Of a stretch of 64,000 bases of DNA, positions 37,352 to 49,694 are shown in pieces; the first letter of the stretch is position 1, and every line of letters begins with the position of its first letter. Source of the stretch: Psammoneis japonica. Lineage: Eukaryota. A model generated the notes under the pieces. That model saw nothing but the letters and a program-made list of their open reading frames with translations, ran no database searches and had not been told where the DNA came from. The stretch spans positions 1 to 64,000 of the forward strand of contig QPGO01000036.1 of assembly GCA_008632985.1 (NCBI GenBank), given 5' to 3'. The position numbers and the translations under genes are program-made.

Positions 37352-37665
37352 GATGTCGACAAGTACAAGTAGTGAACATGCAACAGAGATGAAGCTTTGT
37401 TAACACACACAGTATGATGTGCGCCTTATTTTACTAGCAGGTCTACTAGTCTACTTCTACGATTGGCCATTGGCGGTGTGCGGTGTTTGTGTTCTCCTTT
37501 GGCCCCTGGTCGGGGGAGGGCTTTGCCCGCGCAGCGCACCGCTACCCGCTATCCACTGCTCTCTACTCTCTAGCAGTGGATAGCCTCTACTCTAGCTCTA
37601 GAGCCAGCCACTAGAGCAGAGAGTAGAAGTAGCTAGCTAGCAGAACTCCACTCTAGAGAGTAGAC

Positions 37666-40600
37666 TCACTGTCCTGCCGGTGCAAACCTCTGGTCCTTGT
37701 TGTCACAACCCCCAAAATGAAACCCCCAGCTGGACCCACAGGCTGTCACTTCTTCCACTGCAAAATGTGCACCACAGGCATGCATCATGGCACTTGTTTG
37801 AAAGCCAAGCACAGAGCTGGGGCGACGTGCCAGAGGCGCCAAAAATGATCTCATCTCCCGCGCTCATCTTGCTCCAGCCCAAGGAGGTGGCTTTGACTGC
37901 AGCAGCAAGAGGAAATGCAGAGTCCAGAGGAGCAGAGAATGTGACACCAAGCACCCCACAGGCACCCCAAGTCAAACTCTGGTGGACAGGGTGCAAACTG
38001 CAGCACTGACCTCAGCTCCAACAAAGCAAGTCAAGAGGCAGCACAATGAGCCACAGAGAGAGAGCAGCAGACAGAGCCGGGCAGCCATCTGCACATGACT
38101 CTGCAGCAGATGACAATGTGTTGTCAGCTTCAGGGATTGCAGTCTTCAACAGTTTGTGAGGGTGTGTTGGCATTTGGCTGCAACAACATGTCAAGTGAGC
38201 ATGAAGAAGAGAGAAGAGCACAGTCACTTCATTGTTCATTTGTGCAGAGTTGAAATGATGGTGCCACATTCTGTGATGATTGATTTCAAGTCAGCATCTC
38301 CCAGACACATTCCTGAGTCACCAGATCCTGCCATCACACATGCACACACACACTCTCTTGCACAACTTAGCTGCATTCCCTTCTTCATCACAATGATGAT
38401 TTGAAGCTTGCTCTGCAGTCATTGGTTGCCTGGTTTGGCAATGCATGTCATTTGCTGTGCAAAGTCTTCTTGAGCTTCCTGCAACAAAACCCCCAGCTTT
38501 CTTTGCCATTTTCCAGTCATTTTCTTCATGTGCTTTATGCTGCAGTCTGCAGCTTTCTTCTGTTGTCTCCCAGATGTAGTGGGGTCAAGATGGGGCTCTG
38601 AACAGCACAACTGGGGCCAAGTCAAAGGTTCATGGCTTGCCAACTGGCAAAAAAAGCCAGCAACTCATGCAGTGCATCTGCAAGAGATAAAACAACAAAT
38701 GTGCTAGATGTGCAACAAACTCTGGACTTGCTGAGTTGGCAGTGCACAACAAACCTTTTGCAAATGATGATGTCATCTGATTAAAAACAAGATCAACCAA
38801 AGCTGTGTTTTGTGCATGACAATTGACCCAACAGACAACAACACACACGTCTGTGAATTTGACCTCATCAAGATTTCAAGCATTGCATGTAGAGTGAGGC
38901 CAGATCCACAGACACTTTTGTGCACCATGCAACCCCTGTTTCTGACATTGTTGCATGCATGGTGTTCACTTCCAATGGTGCATTCCCTCTTTAATTTCTT
39001 CAAAAAAGCAGCCCAAGTGCCACAATGCATTGCTCTGTTTTCCAGAAAATGTGTGATGTTTTTCCCTTGGTGCCAAATTTCCTTCACCAGCATGCATTTG
39101 TTGTCAAACAACAAACTGTGGTGGGCACTGAAAAATCAAAATGATGTTGCTTTCATGGGTTGGAAGCAGCACCATGTTGGCAATTGCAAGGACTGGTGCC
39201 AGCAAAAGGTGAGACTTGTGCAACCAACAATGGAGTCAAAAATGTTTTGCAAAAGATTGTGCGTGCTTGTGAGAACTCGTGCAGGCTCAAGTGTCTGCTC
39301 TTCACATGCAGCTGAGCTCTTGCATGGCTCTTCTTGGAGATTGTCTGCACGGCATGGCAACAGCAATTGGAAAGAAATCAAGAGCTTCAAGAAGTGGCAT
39401 GGATTCTCTGCAGGGACTTTGAGAAGGGATTGCAGCACACAGCTGTGGACTGACTGTGGCCCCGGCCATTTGCACTTTGAACAAAAAACTTCAACAAGGT
39501 CAGTGACTTTTCAAAAAAGTGTTGGACTTCCAGTTTTCATCTCAGCCACAGATCTCAAGGTCCAACACAGTTTGCTCAGAAAAGCAGCAAGCCTTCAATG
39601 GTTTTAACTTGAGCAGGTCCAACAGTTTTTTTAAATGCTTGACCTCCATGGTTTTTGTGTGGACCTCAGATCTTGTCAAGGGTCAGCAAATCTTTTTAAA
39701 AATGTGAAAGATCTTCATGGCTTGCATGCCCTGACATCAGACATCAAAATGTGACCTCCAATGAGCCAGATCTGCAATGATTTTGTCTGGCCTCAGACAT
39801 TGAGGGACAAAGGTTTTTTCAAAATAGTGTCAGACATTTGACAGCTTTCATCCAGACCTCAGAGACCTTGAGATCCAACTGCTTTTTTCTAAATGACACA
39901 CCAGACCTTTGACAGTTTTCATCTGGACCTCTCTAACCTTGAGGCATGTGGTGGTTTTGCAAAAAGGGCCACAGACCTTCAATGGTTTTTTGTTTGAAGC
40001 TCAGACCTTGAGGTCTGATGTTTTTCTCAAAACAGCAGCACACCAGACCTCCAATGGTTTTCTTTGTCTGCACCTCAGACCTTGAGGTGTGATGTTTTTT
40101 TTTTCAAAACAATCTCTGATGGCTTTGGTCCAGAGTTCAGACCTTGCTTCAGGTGTGACAGTTTTTCAAAACAGCACCAGACCTCTGATGGATTTTGTTT
40201 GGACCTCAGACCTGAAGGCATCATGTTGCTTTTTTCAAAAAAGTTTCAGACCTCTGATGGTTTTTGTCTGGACTTTGGGTCTGTGTCTTTGTCCAAATGT
40301 CCCACTCCGGCATGTTGAGATCCCACCTTGAGCCAAAGTGCATCATGTGCGAACAATGCCCAGCCTGACAGCATTCAGAGGTTGCAGGCCAGGCATTTCC
40401 AATTGTTGCCATTCTTGGCTGTGCATCACTCACAGATTCCAAGTGGCTTTCCAACTTTTCCAAGCAGGTTCTGCATCATTCGCAGAGATGTTCAATTTGT
40501 CCAGCAGGCGCCTGCTGGGTTTTGCTGCATCTCTGCTTGATTTTGGCATTGGGAACAAATCACACAGCACCACCTCATGCAACTCTCTCAGCACCCTCTC

Positions 40601-41140
40601 TGCTCACACTTTGTTTTCTTGAACAGTTTTGTGCAGGTGCAACTTTTTGTGTTTTGGTGCAGACACAAAGGCAGCCACAACAAATGTGCAAGACACAGCG
40701 TTCTAAAAGCCATTTGGACAATGAACACACAACAGCTTGAACCTAATCTGTGGGACAAGGGACAAGGTCATTGAAGACATTGGAGCTGAGGACAAAGTGT
40801 CAGTTGTCAACTGCCGCAATCTGCAGAGGACTCTGTGCCAGCAGCCATCCATCACACCCAATGCTCTCAAGGTTGTTTCATAATTTCAAAAGCCTGGGAA
40901 CTGCTGGAGGTGCCCCCAAGATGAGCCACAACCCATGCAAAGGTGCTGTTGTAACACATTTTAGCTCTGTGGGCACAACACTCCTTGCTGGTCTAAAGCA
41001 TTTGCAGTTCTCTTCTCATGGCGGCCTTCCAATTGTGAATTGTGAGGATGTCACTGAGGCGGCTTTTGACCGAGAATTTTTGCATTGCCATTGCACACTT
41101 TTGTGACTTCTGTCCCAGCATTTTGCAATGGATCCCTCTT
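37666..41140. mobile_element. Degenerate DNA-transposon domain (possibly hAT-like), TpA/CpG-depleted
   Basis: Near absence of TA and CG; internal 60-bp tandem array; minus-strand remnant WVNCHAQNTAL resembles the hAT CxxH motif (weak). Confidence 0.55.
39490..40280. repeat. Degenerate ~60-bp tandem array, about 12-13 units
   Basis: Consensus-like cagacctctgatggttttgtctggacctcagaccttgaggt...ttttttcaaaa recurring. Confidence 0.85.
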
Positions 41141-41379
41141 GCCGTACACTAGCCCTACAATATTTGGTTTTGCTCGAATCGATTCGAAAACACGTCGTGA
41201 CAAGGTAATTTCATTGGTTGGAACCAGACGTGAGGATTTTGCACACCGCACCCTCCAAGCGAACCCTAGGGCCCTAGCAGAGACTAGTAAATGCCTACGG
41301 TAAACGAATCCTATTTTAGTTTACCGACTTAAGTATGGGCTACTCTGAAGCACGTCTAATCTTGAAACCAACCGTCTCT

Positions 41380-42797
41380 CTAGAGAAATATTTGATTGTG
41401 AATGTAGGCATGGTCATGGATGGTGGTAAAGTTCTCGTTTACATTTCGAACCCACTTCCAGTGTGCATGTGTCGCGTTCAAGAGTTCAATCGTACCGTAG
41501 CCATGCGTTACACTGTCTCGTTTGGCAACCCAATCTTCCGCCGGAACATGTTCGTAGGATGATCCATTTCCAAAGCCACCGTCTCCAATGATAATGTACT
41601 GAGGTCCCGTTTGGTTAAGGTAGCCGTAGGCAATGTTGTGCGAGCGCATGTATGCGTGAACGTGCCCAGACAGAACGAGGTTCACGCGATAGTAGACAAA
41701 TAGATGCTCCATGTTGTCCTTCATTGCTTTTCCAATCGTCGACGGATTGTGCGACCCAAACGTATTGTACAATGGCACGTGGAAAGACACAAAACCCAAG
41801 GCGTCACCGCACGATCAATTGAGTGCAGCTCCTGCTTTAACCACAAGTATTGCTTCGAGTCATGGGATGTTTCAGAAAAAGAGGAAAGAACAATAAACCG
41901 TGCGGCTCCATACGTGTAGGCGAAAAAAGCGTTTCCGTAGTTGTAGGGCAAGTTTGAACCGCCATTATAGGTAGCGTGGCGTGTGGGACTCTTCTCCACA
42001 GGACGGATTTGTGGCATGGAGAAGCGACTATCGAATGGAACGAAAATCTCATTTGTTTCGCCGTCAATCTCAATCTCGTGGTTGCCCGGTGCAGTTTGAA
42101 GAGGTACCTTTGCAACGAGATTCTCCATCATGTCAAACCACAAATCCCACTTTGTCTGGACAGTATTCGCATACGACACGTCGCCAACGAGTAAAACAGA
42201 GTCAATATCGTGATCACGGGCCATGTGGTGAATGGTTGCGTTGGAGGCTGGCTTTAAGCCCACGTCTCCTACAAATGCGAACTTGAGATGGCCCAGCCCG
42301 GCTCCAGGACGTGGTGCGGTCTTGAAAGACATTGTCTTACCGCGAATCATCATCGCTCGGTTTCCATCTCTTTCATATCGTAGTCGGCGATCAGTACTGG
42401 TTGATACTTGTTGGTCATCCTCCGCTGATTTAAGAAGGGCACATTGATAATAGTAGGTCGTGTTTGGTGAAAGTCCATCCACCAGAATGTGATGAAACAA
42501 GTCGGAGGAGTAAAATGATCCAGTTTGAGGGGAAGTGTAGTTATAATGAGTAGGCGAATCTTGCTCTCTAAATAGCCTACTCAAAGCCAATTCATTCGAA
42601 CCGAGGAGAACGTAAGCCCTTGAGGGTGAGCATTCCTTGGGCGACGAGAACGACACCATCATTGAATTATGCGCTTTTCCGCCTACCGCGAGATGCACCT
42701 GCTTTGGTCTACATTTTTCTTCGTGCAGGAAGTTCGGCACGGCTGCTGACACCCAATGGAACTGAGCAAGCAAGAATAGAGTTGCGAGACGCACCAT
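41380..42797 (-). CDS. Purple acid phosphatase (secreted), frameshift near 41795
   Basis: FN3-like N-terminus PKQVHLA; GDVG, GDVSYA, GNHE, HVP.Y, SGHVHAYMR, GDGG. Confidence 0.9.
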
Positions 42798-43196
42798 CGT
42801 TGATAATACGGTCTATGCTGTCGAACACAAAAAAGCAATGTCACGGTTCGGTCGCTCTGCGCTGTGATGTTATGATGGTCATCATCATTTACAATTCTTC
42901 TGAAGATCGCTGGTCCGAAGATACAATTCCACATCACTGGAGGTCGTCAATTTATGCCCTGACGTCTCCCGCCAAAAAGCGCGGGTGATGATTCTATCCA
43001 TAAAATGAGGATCAGATGAAGATCTAAGAGTGAAATGGAGTGTGAAGCAGCTTTAGCGAACAGACTACTCGTACAAGTATGTCGTTATCAATCTTCGTTT
43101 GGCATTTGAATCATCCGGTTTGCCAAGCGCTATTAAAAAACATCTGCGGATTTGCTAGAAGATACGGTACCGGCATGCTGTATGGAAAAGCCTTCA

Positions 43197-45884
43197 TCAA
43201 TAAGCCTTGTCCCACCATTCTGGTGCGCCACGTTTCTTCCTTCTACTTCGAAATGTCGTCTCATCGACCCTCGCCCATGATCCACCCTCTTCCTCTGCTT
43301 CAACGTGTTTCCAGTAGGGCGTTCCGCTTTTCTCTAACGCATCAACTACGTCTTCGCCCCCAGCCTCTTCTTCTAAATCGCCGGGACTTTCCAAATACTC
43401 TTCAGTCGTTTCATTGGGTGGAGAATCCATATTCTCTATGTCAACAGATCCTTCGTCTTCTGAATCACCACGAATATCCCACAGATCACCAGTATCGTCG
43501 TCTTCAGTGTCCTCCTCTTCTGATAGTTCCTCCCAGTCCGAGTCGCCGCTGCTTTCCAACACATCATGAACTGCAAGATCGAAATCGTCGAGTGTCACCA
43601 GACAGTTTAAAATAGACAATGGGTCGTCCTCATCTCTACTCCCGGAATGACCAGAAAAGTCACATACAGCTCGTTCCAGCGCATGACTCGCAGCTGCCCT
43701 CGCGACCCCGGCCATCATCGCTCCCGACATGCCTTTACATTGCGCTGCGAGCAAACGAAGAAGTTGTTCATACGAGAAGGTATCCCCTGTTCCATTTCTC
43801 TGCGTCAGAATGCCAGTGAGATGTGCGACCATTGCTCTAGACAACAGTTGTACCTATTAATGAATTGCGACAGCTTACCTCCATGTACCTCGACGCCGCG
43901 GTGTTCTCGGGTGGATTTGACACAAGAAGCCTTCCTGCGCGATACATGCTCTTCGTATGAACCAAAAGAATACTCATTCGCTGTGCTACAGTCCTCGGTG
44001 GTGGAACCTCAATTTGTACCTCAAAACGACCGGGTCGTAAAAGTGCTGGTCGACAGTTCATCAACAGGATGCCACTGTGTAAGCAAAAGCCGGATACAAT
44101 GTAAAACGGAATCGACACGATCCAAGGCACCGCGACTCTTACCGGGTTCAATGAGGCTTCGTTTGTTTGTGAGTCCAATAACTAATGTCGGAACTTCAAG
44201 GGGATCGACACCGTCCATCTTTGCAAGAAGTTGATTCACTACTGAATCTCGCGCTACACCGGCGTCACCTTGATCACCCTTGCCTCCACGACCACCTCTT
44301 GTCCGTGCCATTGCGTCAAATTCATCCATGACAATCACGTGAAGTGCCGCATGGGAGAGGGCTGCACCGCCATCAGGCGTACCGATGCGATAAGAATCGT
44401 AAATTGGAGGAGGATTATCAAACACCTCGCGCAAATTCTTTAGGGGAAGATTGAAGGGAAAAGAAAATAAAGGAAGAATGAGATTTCGGAAGAACAATTA
44501 CCCAAATAATGATCATTCATAGCGACACACGTACCTTCTCACTCGACCCGACAAATTTATCCATGAGCTCGGGACCCGATACCACCGTAACTGGACGGGC
44601 CGGGGACAAAATTTTGCCAATGGTTCGAGCCACCAAGGTCTTTCCACAACCCGGTCTCCCATAGAGAAGCAATCCTCGAACCGGGTTAATTCCCAACTGC
44701 TTTAATAGCTCCGGCGGTGCTGCTAGTGGCACCCATACGCGACGTTTGACTTGTGCCAAGACATCGTCAAGCCCACCGATACCCATCTTTTGTCCTTCAA
44801 AAGCCGATCCAGCTCCAGCGCTAGCCACTAGAGACGAAGCCTCGATTGCAGCTGCCCGTGCCAGCGCATCATCAACAGGCGCCTTGCTTTTCGGTTTGGT
44901 CTTATCCAGCGTTTTCTCTAGCTCTGCTTTGTCTTGAGCAAAGGATTCTGGATCTAAATTAGAATCCACAGAAGACATGAACAAGTCAGGTTTTTCATTA
45001 TTGTTTGCTCTGCGTGAAAGAGCGGATCGTCCGTTCCGACTGACTCGTTCCGCTACAGCCTCGCCTGTACCACTCGTACCTTTTTGTGACTTTTCCCAGT
45101 CCTGTCGTTCTTGCGCTGCTTCCTTTCGCTGGTTTGCGTTGCTGTTGCCCCAGTCCTTTCGTGCCTGCATTTCTTGCCGTCTCTCTTGATTCCGATCACT
45201 TCCTTCGTCCATCCATGGCTGTTTTTCGAGCGACAACTCTGCTCGAAGAGCCATGCGTAAGGCCGTCTGGACCAAATCAGACGATTCACTCTGTTCCTGA
45301 ATTTCTTGCACAATATCCTGTGCACTTGTTTTGGATTCAGGAGAGCCAGTAAGAATGTACTTGTCCAAGACCGTTTGTAGTTTCTTTATAAGCCCTCGAA
45401 TGTAAATCTCATTCTCGCTCTTGTTCGATTCATCGCTTCCTATTACCTTCTTTGAGCTTGTAGTACTGGAATATAAACGTGCTGCTTTCTCAATCAAGTC
45501 GTCGGAATGAGATTCGCGTTTGATTTGCTGGACAATGTTTTGTGCACGCGTCTTGGATGCCGGGGAGCCGTCCTGTGTGTATTCGTCTAAGGCATCCTTG
45601 AGGTTTCCCAACAGTCCAGCGACATAGGACTCATTTCTCTCTTTGTGTTGTTCGTCTTCTTTGTGTCCTTCGTCGCCCCTTTTCGACTTTGACTTTGCTT
45701 TGGTAGATGCCATTTGCAGCTGCGAGAATGATGATGTGTCTGTCCTTCTCGCTTGACAAATTCCTCGAGAGCGACACGTTGGGAGAAAAGCTGTCGTTGA
45801 CGTCGACACCGCCAAAAAGAACAAGAGCAATAGTATCATTCTCGCTGGAACACTCATGGTCTCTCGTACATCCCTCATTGTCAA
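43197..45884 (-). CDS. AAA+ ATPase, NSF/Sec18 D1-like, with signal/plastid-type presequence; multi-exon
   Basis: MGIGGLD, Walker A GRPGCGKT, GPELMDKFVG, LHVIVMDEFDA, DSVVNQLLAKMDGV, ALLRPGRFEV. Confidence 0.82.
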
Positions 45885-46274
45885 GTTTATTTCAACACAT
45901 ACTGTATCAAGTCCAAAGTGCGAAGAACGCTGTCAGCATCATGGATCATGGCATGCATCACAAACGCACGCACGGACATGCGGTAATATCTTTGGGCAAT
46001 AGTGGGGCAGTAGGCCTCTACTCGAAGGGCAATATGATGTACATACTACAGTACGGTACAAATCAAATATGGTAGACAGGCAGACGTTGCACCGACACAA
46101 TGCACGCACGCACGCATTCGCATACATGCACAGCGCGCGCTAAGCGTACGGTACGATACGTGACAGAAATGAAAGAAGCAGACGATGAGCCATGCCACAT
46201 ACGGTAACCCAGATTTTGTTGTCAGACGCGGCGGCGTTAAAGAGTAAAGAGTGTAGTGATGGGATAGAAAAACC

Positions 46275-49200
46275 ATGAATCCAACTTTGTGGCTTGACAA
46301 AACTGCGCTACGTTGGAGTGCGGCGAATGCTGTTTGTTCTCCCACATATTGGGATCGGAGAGTCCATCATCTTGATCAAACGTGGTTGAAAGCACCAAGC
46401 GACGGAAATCAAGATATTCGGGATGAAGAATCTGACAGAGTATCTATTTCCTATAGGACTCTTGTGTGGGTGACAGCATTTTGTGTTCAGGCGTTGCGTC
46501 GAATGATCTGTCAACAGATCGCGAAGGCAGCAACGAATCTCGTCAGCAACGAAAAACTAGCAGAGAAAATGGGCATTCCTATTGCAGTTGCGATACCAGA
46601 GGGACCGTTGTTACCACTTGCGGTTCTTGCGGTGCATGTGTTGAATGAACCCTTCACTTTGAATTCGGCGGATACTTTACGGCATGCAATCTTTGCCATT
46701 CTTGTTCCAATGGATCCCAGCGACGGGAAGGAGCGGCTACGACACATGATTCAAGACACACAACCTGCAATCATATTATGTGATTCAGTTAACGAGAATC
46801 GAATCAAAATAGCCATGGGGGATTCGTCAGCTGCAGCAATGACGTGGCTAACAGGTAGAGCAACAACAACAACAACACTCGGTAAAACGGAACTTGTAGA
46901 TTTCTCTGACGTTGTGCAAAGTGCAGTTGAAAGATACTTCGAGCATACTGAATCACCGCTATTGATGAACCTTATGAGTATCGACGAAACAAACCAAAAG
47001 AACCTTGTCGATTTAGTTTCTGCTTTGGAACGCCTCATTGACGCGGGCGGGAGCACTGACCACGAGGTATCAGTACATGTCAACAAAGAGAATCGAATAT
47101 CTCACATTGTGTATACCTCGGGAACTACTGGCAAATCTAAAGGATGCGTTTGCTCTATTCAAGCTCTTCGAAACTACTTGGCTGCCAAGAATGAAGCTCA
47201 TGCCGTTACATCTGCCTCGACAGTCTTGCTGGCGAGTTCCATATCATTTGATCCATGCTTCAGTGATGTCTTGGCGACCTTTGCCGTGCATGGTACACTA
47301 GCTATTGCGCCCCGCAGAAGCTTAATGGAAAGCTTGTGGCATGTATTGGCTTCACTAGAAGTAAGTCATATACTCTGTACTCCAACTCTTTGGAGCATGG
47401 TGAGTTTGCATATGGTCGACAACAGCCAAAATGAACTGCCTTGTTTACAAGTGATTGCCCTCGGAGGAGAGCCTATTCCGAAACGCATCGTACAGAAATG
47501 GGCACGGACAAAGGACACGCCATCCATATGCTTCCCGAGACTGCTTGCGACCTATGGTGTGACTGAAGCATGCGTCTACCAAACGTGCGGAGAAGTATTT
47601 CAAACCGAAAACACAGCTCTCACTGGAAGCAGAAAGGGGCAGGTTGTAGGAAACCCAATGAAAGGCTCTTGGTTTGACATAGAGTCCGAGTCGGTGGATG
47701 AACACAGGGGCATTGGGGAGGTTGTCTTGTCCGGTTTGCAAGTTGATGAGCTCAGTGGCTATTTGAATCAACCGGAGTTAAGCGGACTCAAGTTCGTTTC
47801 GAAACACGAGAGAGCAGGCAGTGTGGGTCAACTACCTTCGAATCAAGAGCCGCAGTACCGGTGTTATTATAAAACTGGTGACTCTGGATACATTGATGCT
47901 GAAAATAATTTTCTTCATATCCTCGGACGCATTGATGGTGAGGATGGGATGATAAAAGTGAACGGGGTACGGGTTGAACTTGGGGAAATCGAGGCCGCAA
48001 TTGTAGACACGGAAAGCTCTCACTCCGTCATCACGGCGTGTGTGGTAGTTGCAGAATCAATCGGCCCAGAGGAAGAGAAAGCAACAAAACGTATTGTTGC
48101 TTATTGCGTGCTGAGTCCAAAGTGTTTCAAAGAAATGGATGTCCATTTTAACAACGAAGCCGACACAGTAAAGGGTTTGCAGTGTAGCGCGGGTCCGTTG
48201 CTTGCAATGCTGCGGGCACGATGCGAGGATCGTCTCAAGAAAGGTTGTATTCCATCATCCTTCATCGTTATTTCTCGCATTCCTCTTTCCGCGACAGGTA
48301 AGAGAGACCGTCGAAAGCTCCCCAAGCTAGCACACTGTAGACCAATGGAAGAGCGAATCGGTGAAGCATCTGTGCCTCTACGGGAATATGGCACTTCCGG
48401 AGCTGTCGTCGCACACTGTGTAACCTCTTGCCTCAATCTTCAACCCTGTCAAAAGACCATTCTCATGTCAACGTCCAGCTTTCGCATGCTTGGCGGGGAC
48501 TCTCTCGGAGCAATTCGTATCGTGCGATCGCTGTATGCCTATCATCATAAAATCCCCGAATCCAGGCACCTTGGTGGAGCTCGCGGAATATTTGAAGGAC
48601 CGTTTGCGGTGACACACATGCTTCGTGCAGAAACAATAGGAGACTACGTTGACTGGCTTGACCGCAACAGTGTTTGCCAGCCACGTGATGATCTTGTTGG
48701 AACCGAAGTCAGTCGCCTTGGCGTGAAGTCTTCGTCCCAGTCGAGGGTTGAGCAATATCCAGGTATGACAGCTGCATCTATGGCGTGTTCCACGGCTTAT
48801 GGTGAGACCGAGAAAGACGAGTACTCGCACGATCTATGGCTGTACGAAGCATTGCTAGAGGCAACAACTCGAGGCTATTCCTCCATTGCAGTTGCTTTAC
48901 TGGATTTGGGAGTTAACCCGAATCTTGCCAATCACGGTGGTCGACTGTCACGTGCAGACCGTACTCACAGGAAGCTACATTTTCATTCCACTCCTTTGCA
49001 CGTTGCATGTGCACAAGGAAATTGCGAGTTGACTTCGAAACTTTTGGAAAAGAAATGCAAATTGAATTCCCCCGATGCCAGTGGCTCTTTTCCTATCCAT
49101 TTGGCTTGTTCTGGAAACCTTCTGAATGGAGACATGGAAGAAGTTCGAACGAGTTGTGAGACCCGTGATTCAGAGGATCTCCGACGCATAGCATGCGTGA

Positions 49201-49640
49201 AACATTTGATAGAGGCGGGGGCGCCATTGTTCATGAAGGATGGAAACAAGCAGTCGCTACTACATTGCGCCGCACGCAGTGGACACTGTGAGCTCTTGGC
49301 ATTTCTGACTCAAACGTGGTCCCAGGCGTTGAAGGACAATGCAGGCCCGCATCGCTCTCGACAGAACTCACAAAAAGAGGATTCTCCGTTTGATTGGCGA
49401 GACCATTGGTTTCGGACTCCTGTTCACTGGGCGGTCCTGAATGGTAAAGTTGAGGCGCTGCGTGTCCTTTTGAAAAACGGATGCAGCGCTAATCCACCTA
49501 AACCGAAACGAGCAAGTATTCGTTCCAGCATCGAAGTCGAAAGTCCATTGGAGATCTGCAATAGGTTGTACGGTGACACTGGCATTGGAAATGAGATGAG
49601 ACTTGCTCTACAGGGGTCTATGAAGACAACTGAGCAATAA
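46275..49640 (+). CDS. NRPS-like protein: adenylation - thiolation - ankyrin repeats (1121 aa)
   Basis: YTSGTTGKSKG, SFD, YGVTE, YKTGD, KVNGVRVELGEIE, GKRDR; Ppant site LGGDSL; ankyrins TPLHVAC, PIHLAC, LLHCAA, TPVHWA. Confidence 0.88.
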   Translation: MNPTLWLDKTALRWSAANAVCSPTYWDRRVHHLDQTWLKAPSDGNQDIRDEESDRVSISYRTLVWVTAFCVQALRRMICQQIAKAATNLVSNEKLAEKMGIPIAVAIPEGPLLPLAVLAVHVLNEPFTLNSADTLRHAIFAILVPMDPSDGKERLRHMIQDTQPAIILCDSVNENRIKIAMGDSSAAAMTWLTGRATTTTTLGKTELVDFSDVVQSAVERYFEHTESPLLMNLMSIDETNQKNLVDLVSALERLIDAGGSTDHEVSVHVNKENRISHIVYTSGTTGKSKGCVCSIQALRNYLAAKNEAHAVTSASTVLLASSISFDPCFSDVLATFAVHGTLAIAPRRSLMESLWHVLASLEVSHILCTPTLWSMVSLHMVDNSQNELPCLQVIALGGEPIPKRIVQKWARTKDTPSICFPRLLATYGVTEACVYQTCGEVFQTENTALTGSRKGQVVGNPMKGSWFDIESESVDEHRGIGEVVLSGLQVDELSGYLNQPELSGLKFVSKHERAGSVGQLPSNQEPQYRCYYKTGDSGYIDAENNFLHILGRIDGEDGMIKVNGVRVELGEIEAAIVDTESSHSVITACVVVAESIGPEEEKATKRIVAYCVLSPKCFKEMDVHFNNEADTVKGLQCSAGPLLAMLRARCEDRLKKGCIPSSFIVISRIPLSATGKRDRRKLPKLAHCRPMEERIGEASVPLREYGTSGAVVAHCVTSCLNLQPCQKTILMSTSSFRMLGGDSLGAIRIVRSLYAYHHKIPESRHLGGARGIFEGPFAVTHMLRAETIGDYVDWLDRNSVCQPRDDLVGTEVSRLGVKSSSQSRVEQYPGMTAASMACSTAYGETEKDEYSHDLWLYEALLEATTRGYSSIAVALLDLGVNPNLANHGGRLSRADRTHRKLHFHSTPLHVACAQGNCELTSKLLEKKCKLNSPDASGSFPIHLACSGNLLNGDMEEVRTSCETRDSEDLRRIACVKHLIEAGAPLFMKDGNKQSLLHCAARSGHCELLAFLTQTWSQALKDNAGPHRSRQNSQKEDSPFDWRDHWFRTPVHWAVLNGKVEALRVLLKNGCSANPPKPKRASIRSSIEVESPLEICNRLYGDTGIGNEMRLALQGSMKTTEQ

Positions 49641-49694
49641 ACCTGAACCTACCATTTTATCATGAAACGTCGGGCGGGGAAGAAAACGAGCTGC

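Noticed and set aside
39490..40280. CRISPR-like array
   Set aside because: Eukaryotic context, whole units are degenerate copies with no unique spacers, and no cas genes are present.
46090..46165. Alternating purine-pyrimidine stretch in a divergent promoter (Z-DNA candidate)
   Set aside because: Short and interrupted; no supporting evidence of function.
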